Of a DNA stretch of 32,000 nt, positions 9,801-17,835 are shown piece after piece. Numbering within the stretch: the first letter of the stretch is position 1; each line of letters begins with the position of its first letter. The notes beneath the pieces are model-generated. The model saw only the letters and a list, made by a program, of their open reading frames with translations, ran no database searches and was not told where the DNA came from. Where the stretch lies: positions 810,001-842,000 of the forward strand of contig NC_000854.2 in NCBI RefSeq assembly GCF_000011125.1, in the 5' to 3' direction. Made by a program: the position numbers and the translations under genes. This DNA is from Aeropyrum pernix K1. GTDB taxonomy: Archaea > Thermoproteota > Thermoprotei_A > Sulfolobales > Acidilobaceae.

Positions 9801-10699
9801 AGGCTATACTAGCCCTGAGCCCTGAGGCCAACGGCCTGGTGGGTGAGAGGAGCTTCGCCAGCCTCGAGGCCAAGGCTGGCGTGCCGCTAAAGGACCTGGC
9901 GAAGAGTAGGGAGTGGTATAAGTTCGACGACCTTGTAGGCCAGCCTAGGAGGTCCCACACGAGCCCGATGTGGAGCGGTATAGAGGACTTCAACAGGGCC
10001 TACGCACCCTTCACCATAAACACGGAGAAGCTGGTCCCCTGGAGGACCCTCACCGGTAGGCAGCACTTCTACCTCGACCACGACTGGTTCATAGCCCTCG
10101 GAGAGATGCTGCCTACCTACAAGCCTCCCGTTGACCCTGTTAGGCTCGGCTACCTGAAGAACGCTGCGGCGAGGCTTGGGATCACGAGGATGAACGGCTA
10201 CAGGATCGAGGAGGGCGGCAGGAGGTATCTCTTGCTGAGGTACCTCACGCCCCACGGTAAGTGGAACATACACAGCGAGTTCTGGGACAACCTGAAGATG
10301 CTGACCCTGTTCAGGGGAGGCCAGGTGGTGTGGCTGAACGACGAGGACGCGAGGTGGGCCGGGATAGAGGACAACGACTGGGTGGAGATAGTAAACGACA
10401 ACGGAGTCATAGTGGCGAGGGTCGCCACCAGCCCGAGGATACCCAAGGGGGTCGCCATAATGTACCACGCCCAGGAGAGGCATATCTACGTCAGGCCGAG
10501 CAAGCTAACCGGCAAGAAGGGAGGGATCCACAACAGCGTCACCAGGGCAGACCTTAAGGTCAACCTCATGGTGGGAGGCTACGCGCAGCTGAGCTACTTC
10601 TTCAACTACTACGGCCCGACGGGTGTCGACAGGGACACCATGGTTATAGTATACCTACACGACAAGCTAGGCGCCAAGGCACCCCAGCCTGGAGCCTAG
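6848..10699 (+). CDS. narG: Respiratory nitrate reductase alpha subunit (molybdopterin oxidoreductase, Tat-exported)
   Basis: 1283 aa; Tat motif [88 protein letters not shown], all closely resembling bacterial NarG. TTG start with SD GGAGGG. Confidence 0.95.
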   Translation: [1283 protein letters not shown]

Positions 10700-10732
10700 T
10701 TTTTACGGGGTGGTGCTTGGTAGGGGGTGTGA

Positions 10733-12133
10733 ATGGAGATGGTTAGGGCTCAGCTCTCCATGGTGATGGTGCTGGATAAGTGTATAGGCTGCCACACGTG
10801 CAGCCTAACCTGTAAGAACGTTTGGACCAACAGGGAGGGCCAGGAGTACGCATGGTGGAACAACGTAGAGACGAGGCCCGGCGTAGGCTACCCGAAGACC
10901 TGGGAGAACCAGGAGAAGTATGGCGGCGGCTGGGTGCTGAGGAACGGGAAGCTGAGGCTCAGGCTGGAGACCGGCAGGTTCAAGACGCCTGGCAGGGAAG
11001 ACTACTACGAGCCCTTCACATACAACTACGAGAACCTGTTCTCCGAGGAGCTGTCTGACCAGCAGCCCCACGCGGACCCGATAAGCATGTACAGCGGCGA
11101 GAAGATCGACGTGCAGTGGGGCCCCAACTTCGACGACGACCTCGCCGGAGGCGACCTGACGATACCCGCCGACCCCAACTGGTCGGGGATAGATAAGGCT
11201 ATATACAAGGAGTTTAAGAACGTGTTCATGTTCTACCTGCCGAGGATATGCAACCACTGCCTCAACCCAAGCTGCCTCGCCGCCTGCCCCAGGAAGAGCG
11301 TCTACAAGAGGCCTGAGGACGGTATAGTCCTGATAGACCAGACTAGGTGCAGAGGATACAGGCAGTGCGTCCAGGCATGCCCCTACAAGAAGGTCTACTA
11401 CAACTGGAAGACGGGTAAGAGCGAGAAATGTATATTCTGCTTCCCAAGGATAGAGACGGGCCAGCCGCCCGTCTGTGCACTGACCTGCGTCGGCAAGATA
11501 AGGTATGTGGGGGTAGTTCTATACGACGAGGAAAGGGTTCTCGAGGCTGCCAAGGCTCCGGAGGACCAGCTCGTCGCCCTGCAGAGGGACATAATCCTAG
11601 ACCCCTTCGACCCACAGGTGGTGAAGGCCGCTAGAGAGTCTGGAGTCCCGGACAACTTTATAGAGGCGGCTAGGAAGAGCCCCATATACTATATGTTCAA
11701 GAAGTGGGAGATAGCGCTGCCTCTACACCCCGAGTTCAGGACGCTGCCCATGGTGTTCTACGTGCCGCCGCTCAACCCCGTGGTGACGGTGCTAGACAGG
11801 AACGGCAAGTACAGCGCGGACTACGACAGCATACTACCGACTATAGACAAGCTCAGGATACCCATAAGGTACCTCGCAAACATGTTCGCTGCCGGAAACG
11901 AGGAGGAGGTTAGGAAAGCCCTCAAGAGGCTCCTAGCGATAAGAGAGTTCTTCAGGCAGATAGAGGTTGAGGGTAAGAGCAGGAGCGAGGCTGCGTGGGT
12001 GCTGGAGGAGAACGGCCTCACAGTGGAGGACGCCGACATGATGTTCAGGTGGCTAGCCCTCAGCAGAGACAGGTACGTGATACCCACCGCCAAGAAGGAG
12101 CTCCGAATCAGGCTGCCGAGCAAGGGCAGGTAG
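10733..12133 (+). CDS. narH: Nitrate reductase beta subunit, Fe-S protein
   Basis: CIGCHTCSLTCKNVWTNREGQEYAWWNNVETRPG; CNHCLNPSCLAACPRKSVYKR; CRGYRQCVQACPYKKVYYNWKTGKSEKCIFCFPRIETGQPPVCALTCVGKIRYVGVVLYD. Confidence 0.95.
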   Translation: MEMVRAQLSMVMVLDKCIGCHTCSLTCKNVWTNREGQEYAWWNNVETRPGVGYPKTWENQEKYGGGWVLRNGKLRLRLETGRFKTPGREDYYEPFTYNYENLFSEELSDQQPHADPISMYSGEKIDVQWGPNFDDDLAGGDLTIPADPNWSGIDKAIYKEFKNVFMFYLPRICNHCLNPSCLAACPRKSVYKRPEDGIVLIDQTRCRGYRQCVQACPYKKVYYNWKTGKSEKCIFCFPRIETGQPPVCALTCVGKIRYVGVVLYDEERVLEAAKAPEDQLVALQRDIILDPFDPQVVKAARESGVPDNFIEAARKSPIYYMFKKWEIALPLHPEFRTLPMVFYVPPLNPVVTVLDRNGKYSADYDSILPTIDKLRIPIRYLANMFAAGNEEEVRKALKRLLAIREFFRQIEVEGKSRSEAAWVLEENGLTVEDADMMFRWLALSRDRYVIPTAKKELRIRLPSKGR

Positions 12134-12152
12134 GGCCCGGGGGTGTGGAGCT

Positions 12153-13118
12153 GTGGCTACGGTGGCTGGCCGCGGTCTAGCAGTGCTAGCCCTTCTGGCC
12201 CTCGCCGCCCTAATAGCAGGCGTAGCAGGCTTCGCCGTGGTGACAGCCCAGGTCCCGGGTATAAACGCTGTGTACGTGGATGGGGCTATACCCCTCGACC
12301 CTACGGACAGCTTCTGGCAGCAGATGGAGAAGGCTGAGATATCCCTTGTCTCACAGAACATAGTATACCCGATGACTGGCTACGAGGACGTTAGGACCCT
12401 GCGGGTCGCCGCGGCGGTCAGCAGCGAGGGCATCCTAGCTATATACCTGGAGTGGGAAGACCCAACGATGGATGTGCCGCAGCCGGGAGGCATCGACGAG
12501 TATCCAGACAAGGTTGCCGTTCAGTTCCCGCTCTCCAGCGACTCCCTACCCTACATATGCATGGGCACCGCTGAGCAGCCCGTGAGCATAGTGCTGTGGA
12601 GCGCCTCTGGTTCTACAGAGACGTTGATAGCTGGCAGCGCCTACGGCATGAGCCCCGAGCATAGGGAGGCTCTGGGGCTGCACAGCGTCCCCACGAGCCC
12701 AATAGAGCTGGTGCCCCCAGAAGCCCAGGTCTGGGGCTCTAACGCTGTGTACAAAGATGGCAAGTGGATGGTGGTCCTCTACAGGCCCACGGGCTCCATA
12801 CACGAGTTGGTACCCACACTCGAGCCTGGAAGCGAGACGTCCGTGGCCTTCGCTGTATGGCAGGGTAGCAAGGCGGAGGTCGGGGGTAAGAAGAGCACCA
12901 GCGCCTGGTTCACCATGAGGCTTGGAATGCCCGAGGCTGCTCCCGGAGAGACGGTGACAGTCACGGAGACTCAGCCTGGGGAGACGGTGTACGAGACTGT
13001 AACCGAGACTATGACGAGGGGAGGCCTAGGACTTGCTCTTGCAGGCTTCATAGTAGGGGTCATAATCTACACTGTGGCCGTGGCGGCCTACATCTACCTG
13101 GTCAGGCCGAGGAGATAG
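12153..13118 (+). CDS. Gamma subunit-like haem b protein of the ethylbenzene/dimethylsulfide dehydrogenase type, with N- and C-terminal membrane segments
   Basis: 321 aa; position after narH; domain pattern LDPTDSFWQQMEKAEISLVSQ...LRVAAAVSSEGILAIYLEWEDPT...YPDKVAVQFPLSS...ICMG...WMVVLYRP resembling EbdC/DdhC; C-terminal TM helix. Confidence 0.75.
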   Translation: MATVAGRGLAVLALLALAALIAGVAGFAVVTAQVPGINAVYVDGAIPLDPTDSFWQQMEKAEISLVSQNIVYPMTGYEDVRTLRVAAAVSSEGILAIYLEWEDPTMDVPQPGGIDEYPDKVAVQFPLSSDSLPYICMGTAEQPVSIVLWSASGSTETLIAGSAYGMSPEHREALGLHSVPTSPIELVPPEAQVWGSNAVYKDGKWMVVLYRPTGSIHELVPTLEPGSETSVAFAVWQGSKAEVGGKKSTSAWFTMRLGMPEAAPGETVTVTETQPGETVYETVTETMTRGGLGLALAGFIVGVIIYTVAVAAYIYLVRPRR

Positions 13119-13138
13119 AATAGGGCCTAATGCAACGG

Positions 13139-13144
13139 TTTTTT
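13139..13144 (+). terminator. Candidate T-run terminator after the gamma-subunit gene
   Basis: TTTTTT (in GGTTTTTTAACC) 21 nt after the stop at 13118. Confidence 0.35.
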
Positions 13145-13272
13145 AACCCCTTCCTCCCATCCAAAACTTCTACGCACTTGTATGACCCCGGGGGTTTTCC
13201 CTGATGTATCCTATTCCACTGTATTTGGGTATAGTATACGAGTGTGCAGGAGTATAATGGAGGGTGGGTTAG

Positions 13273-14079
13273 TTGGGGAGTTCTGAGGGCCCGCGGGGTG
13301 AGTGGTTTGAGACTCTTCGAGGGCTAGCCCTCGAGTGGCTCCGCATGGCTGCCCCTGTGCTGGTAGCTGTGTACCTGGCTGAGCTCATTTTCAATAGGAT
13401 TCTATTTAGAGTGATCATCTTTATTCCGTACGGGGAGGCTCAGGATATTGTGGGTAGCCTGATAACCGTTGCTGGCGTTACTGCTGTTAACCTCAGCGTC
13501 CTCGCATCCCTGGCCACCCTTCTGGCACTCCCTCTCTACATGGAGAGGTTCAGGTATGTTCCGCTAGTCATCGCCTCCTTCTACATCTTCGACTATCTCG
13601 GGGTGGCCAGGCTCTATTGGACGCTCCCCCTTCTGGCAGCGTACATACTGGCAGTGGATCCTAAGAGGATTGTGGAGTCCCTGTTCCTCACAGCCCTCGC
13701 CCTGGACTCGATGCTGGTGGACCCCCGGCTTGACACGGTCCTGAACCTACTGTGGCTGGTATTGCCCTTAGCGTACATAGCAGTCACGAGGAGCGTGAGC
13801 ATACCCCGTGGGAAGAGCCTAGCTATAGTCTCGGCGGCGGTTCTCGTGAGCCTCTTGCTTATCGCGGGTAACACATACATCATGGGGCAGATACTGGTTT
13901 TCGCCATGGAGCTCTTGTCTCCTTGGCTACTCCCGCCCGCCATAATCCTCTACAGCCTCACAGGCAGCCTCGGCCTGCTGGGGGTGTTGATGACGGGCCC
14001 TGGCATCCAGATATCCAGCCAGATTCTAGCAGTATCCAGCCTATACCTGCTGGAGCTTAACAGAGGGAGGTGGGAGTAG
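13273..14079 (+). CDS. Polytopic membrane protein of the nar cluster
   Basis: 268 aa, several hydrophobic spans; TTG start with SD-like GGAGGG; overlaps the following chaperone gene by a few bases; contains no histidine. Confidence 0.7.
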   Translation: MGSSEGPRGEWFETLRGLALEWLRMAAPVLVAVYLAELIFNRILFRVIIFIPYGEAQDIVGSLITVAGVTAVNLSVLASLATLLALPLYMERFRYVPLVIASFYIFDYLGVARLYWTLPLLAAYILAVDPKRIVESLFLTALALDSMLVDPRLDTVLNLLWLVLPLAYIAVTRSVSIPRGKSLAIVSAAVLVSLLLIAGNTYIMGQILVFAMELLSPWLLPPAIILYSLTGSLGLLGVLMTGPGIQISSQILAVSSLYLLELNRGRWE

Positions 14080-14081
14080 AA

Positions 14082-14618
14082 ATGAGGCTGACGCTGAAAA
14101 CTCTAAGCATAATATTCAGCTACCCCAGCGAGGACCTCGAGGAGCTTGTCAGGAACAGGGAGGTTGTTAAGCCTCTTCTCATAGGGGAGGACGGTGAGGC
14201 GGCTGCCCTCATAATGGAGTTCCTAGAGAAGCTGGATCTGGAGAGGGCTGACGAGGAGTATGTAGCCGTGTTCGAGATGCCGCCGAAATGCAGCATCTAC
14301 GCCCACACCTACCTGCTGAAGGGCAAGGAGGATATGGTGGGCCAGCTCCTGCTGGAGGTTAAGAGCCACTATAAGGCTAAGCAGCTTGACATGCCTGTGG
14401 ATAGGGAGATCCCCACCTACCTCCCGGCGATGCTGGAGTACCTGGCTCTGGTTTATGATGAGGACCCTAAGGCCGCCCGCAGGTTCGCGAAGAAGTATCT
14501 TCAGCCGTGGGTCGGCGAGCTCGCGTCGTGTCTAGAGAAGAATAGGAGCCTATGGAGCCTCCCCGCGAAGGCTCTAAAAAGGGTTGTAGATAAGATTGCC
14601 GAGGGCCGGGGCCCCTAG
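14082..14618 (+). CDS. narJ: Nitrate reductase assembly chaperone, NarJ/TorD-like
   Basis: LKTLSIIFSYPSEDLEEL...PTYLPAMLEYLALVYDED...AKKYLQPWVGELASCLE; cluster position; ATG 14082 (or GTG 14070) after SD GGGAGG. Confidence 0.75.
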   Translation: MRLTLKTLSIIFSYPSEDLEELVRNREVVKPLLIGEDGEAAALIMEFLEKLDLERADEEYVAVFEMPPKCSIYAHTYLLKGKEDMVGQLLLEVKSHYKAKQLDMPVDREIPTYLPAMLEYLALVYDEDPKAARRFAKKYLQPWVGELASCLEKNRSLWSLPAKALKRVVDKIAEGRGP

Positions 14619-15397
14619 ACCCACCTCTTCTTACGCCTATACCACTTGACCTGGGCGTAGCTCGTCCTCTTACCCATGCCGAGGTAGAACTCGGCCACAT
14701 CCTTGTCGAGCCTAAGCTCCTCCGCAGAGCCCTCGAGGACTATCCTCCCATTCTCAATGACGTAGCCGTAGTCCGATATCTCAAGGGCCTTCCGGGCGTT
14801 CTGCTCTGCCAGGAGTATTGTGAGACCCTCCTCCCTGTGGAGCATCTTTATAGTCGCGTATATCTGCGATGTTATCTTGGGCGCCAGCCCGAGGCTGGGC
14901 TCGTCCAGCATGAGGAGCTTGGGCCTGTATAGGAGGGCCATGGCTATGGCCAGCATCTGCTGCTCACCGCCGCTGAGGTTGCCGGCCTTCTCGCCAAGCC
15001 TCTCCTTGAGCCTCGGGAAGTAGCTCAGCACGCTCCGGATATCGTCTCTGGATGCTCCTGCAGCGTAGGCCACGCTTACCAGGTTTTCCTCGGTTGTGAG
15101 TTCCTTGAATATCCTCCTGCCCTCCATCACGTATATTACTCCCCTCCTCGCTATCTCGTCGGGCTCCCTGTTGGTTATGTCCTCGCCCTCGAGTTGGATG
15201 GACCCCCTGGTTACCCTACCCCTCTCGTACTTGATAACGCCGGATACCGCCTTCAGGAGTGTCGTCTTCCCCGCGCCGTTTGGGCCTATTAGGCATGTGA
15301 TGCTCCCCTTCTCCACGCTCAGGCTAAGGTTCTTGATCACTAGTATGAAGGGGTGGTACATTATCTCTACGTTGCTGACATTTAGTAGAGGCCCCAA
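14615..15397 (-). CDS. livF: Branched-chain amino acid-type ABC transporter ATP-binding protein
   Basis: Walker A GPNGAGKTT, LSGGEQQ signature, LLMLDEPSLGLAP, C-terminal VLEGSAEEL typical of LivF. Confidence 0.92.
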   Translation of the reverse strand: MGPLLNVSNVEIMYHPFILVIKNLSLSVEKGSITCLIGPNGAGKTTLLKAVSGVIKYERGRVTRGSIQLEGEDITNREPDEIARRGVIYVMEGRRIFKELTTEENLVSVAYAAGASRDDIRSVLSYFPRLKERLGEKAGNLSGGEQQMLAIAMALLYRPKLLMLDEPSLGLAPKITSQIYATIKMLHREEGLTILLAEQNARKALEISDYGYVIENGRIVLEGSAEELRLDKDVAEFYLGMGKRTSYAQVKWYRRKKRWV

Positions 15398-15404
15398 GCC
15401 CCGG

Positions 15405-16697
15405 CTAACCTCCCTCCTCTATCGTGTACCTGGCACAGTCAACCTGGCTGGGCGCCTCGAACTTGCCCATAAGCTGTAGCTCACCGTTCTCGCCCAGCTT
15501 TATTATGAACACCTTCCTGTAGGCTAGGTGGAAGCCTGGCTCGTAGTCTATTGTGTCGGCTGTTATGCCCCCGAGGTCGAAGGTGTTAGCCTCTAGCGCC
15601 TCCTTAAGGGCCTCTCCACCCCTCTCCTGGAGGTCCTGCGAGGTTACAGACTCTATCGCCTTTATGAGCAGCCATACGTTGACGAAGCCCTGGACGACCC
15701 TAAGGTTAATCTGGTCCTCGGAGACCCCGTTCATCCTTGCAGCCTCGAATATAGTCTGTATGCCCTCAACGTCCTGGCCGAACATGGGGTATATGAAAGG
15801 TGAGATGCCGAAGACCTTACCATAGCCACCCTCTCCTATAAGCTGTGGGCTCCTCTCGTCGAAGCCCCAGACGTTGGTTAGTAGGAATGCGTCAAGCCCA
15901 ACCTTGGCCATAGCCCTGCCCAGGAGGCTGCAGCTGCTTATAGTGTTACCGCACCACACGTAGTCGGGATCGGCGGCTAGCATCTCCCTGGCTATCCTCT
16001 CCGCGTCCGCCTCGGTGGCCCTCAGCGGGAGGTCGTAGTCGCCAACCACCTGCAGCCCTAGAGAGGGGGCTGCTTTCTTTATAGCCCCTATAGGGCTCCT
16101 CGAGTACGCTACCTTGCTGTCGTAGGCTAGGGCCAGCTTGCCCTGGCCGAACTCGCTGGCCAGGAAGGCGAGGCCGGAGCAGGCTTGGGTGCTGTAGTCG
16201 GGGGCTGGGTAGAAGTTGAAGGGCTTGACAAGCAGCTTCGCCGAGTAGCTGGCTGAGATGTAGGTTATCTTGTCGGTGTCGACCTGGTCGGAGAGCTTCT
16301 CAGTGTCGGCGGTGCCCCAACCTATGATGGCTATCACACCATACCTGTCCCTGAACTCCCTGTAGTACTCCTCGGCGGTGGTCGGGTTGTAGGCGTAATC
16401 CCTCTTTATATAGTTAATGTTAACCCTGACGCCATCCTTAGTGTATATCCCCTTCTCGTTGAAGTACTTGAAGGCGAGTTCCGCACCCAGGGAGTAGCCT
16501 TTGCCCACGTCGCTCGTGGGACCTGTCTCGTCGACGAGTAGCCCTACGTTTATTGTTATAGTCTTCTCGGCTTCTCCACCTTCTCCAGCCGCCTCCTCTC
16601 CTCCCATGAGGAAGAACGCTGCTGCCGCTATGACTATCAAAGCCACTATAGCTGCCGCCGCGTAGATGAGGGTCCGGTTTTGGGCCACTTTAAGCAC
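15405..16697 (-). CDS. Liv-type ABC transporter substrate-binding protein
   Basis: 430 aa; N-terminal TM/signal IYAAAAIVALIVIAAAAFFL; ITINVGLLVDETGPTSDVGKGYSLGAELAFKYFNEKG typical of type I periplasmic-binding proteins of the Liv family. Confidence 0.9.
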   Translation of the reverse strand: MLKVAQNRTLIYAAAAIVALIVIAAAAFFLMGGEEAAGEGGEAEKTITINVGLLVDETGPTSDVGKGYSLGAELAFKYFNEKGIYTKDGVRVNINYIKRDYAYNPTTAEEYYREFRDRYGVIAIIGWGTADTEKLSDQVDTDKITYISASYSAKLLVKPFNFYPAPDYSTQACSGLAFLASEFGQGKLALAYDSKVAYSRSPIGAIKKAAPSLGLQVVGDYDLPLRATEADAERIAREMLAADPDYVWCGNTISSCSLLGRAMAKVGLDAFLLTNVWGFDERSPQLIGEGGYGKVFGISPFIYPMFGQDVEGIQTIFEAARMNGVSEDQINLRVVQGFVNVWLLIKAIESVTSQDLQERGGEALKEALEANTFDLGGITADTIDYEPGFHLAYRKVFIIKLGENGELQLMGKFEAPSQVDCARYTIEEGG

Positions 16698-16781
16698 ACC
16701 TCATATTCTGTTAAACAAGCGTTTTCAACGAGAGAATATAAATTTTTTATAAAAGAGAATTTGTATATTAACAGTCAAGTT

Positions 16782-17831
16782 CTAATAGCTATAAGGCCAT
16801 AGTCTGAAGTACTCTTTAACCCTCCTCAGCACCGCTATCAAGCCCTCAGGCTCCGCTATGATGAACGCCACTATCAGGAAGCCCAGGACGATGTATTTGG
16901 CTGAGGAGGCTATGATCGATAGCCCAATCCCGGCTAGCAGAGGGGTTATAGTACTCTCCATCATAGTCCAGCCCGTCCTCATAACTAACACCCCTAGGAG
17001 GCTGCCCCAAACCACCCTGCCCGGGCCGCCGATCAGCACCATGCCCAGGAGCTCTATCGAGTTCACCAGGGTGAAGCCCTCCCAGCCTATCCCAGAACTG
17101 TAGATGGCGTAGAGGCCGCCTGCAACTCCGGCGTAGAACCCGCCGATGGCGAAGGCTGTAGCTTTAACTAGCTGGACGTTTATGCCTATAGCCTCTGACG
17201 CGACGTCGTTGTCCCTTACCGCTTTCATTGCCCTCCCCAGGCTGGAGCGGCCTATGTTCGCCGCTGCGAGCGCCATAACCACTGTTATTGCTAGTATAAA
17301 GTAGTAGAGGGCCGTCGGCTCCGTGAGGCTTATGCCGAGGAGGGTCTTCGTCTCCGGCGGTACGGGGGTATACTGGTCAGGGTCTATCCTCGAGTAAACG
17401 TACTCTAGTATGAGCTGTGCCGCGAGGCTTGCCATAGCCAGATAGTACTCCTTCAACCTGAAGCTGGGCAGGCTTAGTATTATACCCAGGAGGGCGGCCG
17501 CCAACCCGGCTATAGGTAGTATGGCTACGGAGTTGACACCCAGGTGGAGCGCCGCGTTAGCTACTGTATAGGCTCCTATGCCCATGAGGGCGGCGTGGGC
17601 AAGTGATATCTGGCCCGCGAGGCCCAGCGTTATGTTGAGGCCTATGGCGGCTATCCAGAATATCATCATAACTACCAGCAGGTTGAGGTAGTACTTGCCT
17701 ATTACGAAAGGCGCGGCGACCGCGGCAACCACGGCGAGTATTAGAGCCGCCCAGTGGATGGGGTACCGGAAGATGGCCATATCAGCCTCGTAACTCTCCT
17801 TGAATACTCCCGCCGGCATCCAATCCACCAC
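16782..17831 (-). CDS. livM: Liv-type ABC transporter permease
   Basis: GLAGQISLAHAALMGIGAYT; GRSSLGRAMKAVRDNDVASEAIGINVQLVKATAFAIGGFYAGVAGGLYA permease signature. Confidence 0.92.
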   Translation of the reverse strand: MVDWMPAGVFKESYEADMAIFRYPIHWAALILAVVAAVAAPFVIGKYYLNLLVVMMIFWIAAIGLNITLGLAGQISLAHAALMGIGAYTVANAALHLGVNSVAILPIAGLAAALLGIILSLPSFRLKEYYLAMASLAAQLILEYVYSRIDPDQYTPVPPETKTLLGISLTEPTALYYFILAITVVMALAAANIGRSSLGRAMKAVRDNDVASEAIGINVQLVKATAFAIGGFYAGVAGGLYAIYSSGIGWEGFTLVNSIELLGMVLIGGPGRVVWGSLLGVLVMRTGWTMMESTITPLLAGIGLSIIASSAKYIVLGFLIVAFIIAEPEGLIAVLRRVKEYFRLWPYSY

Positions 17832-17835
17832 CCGG

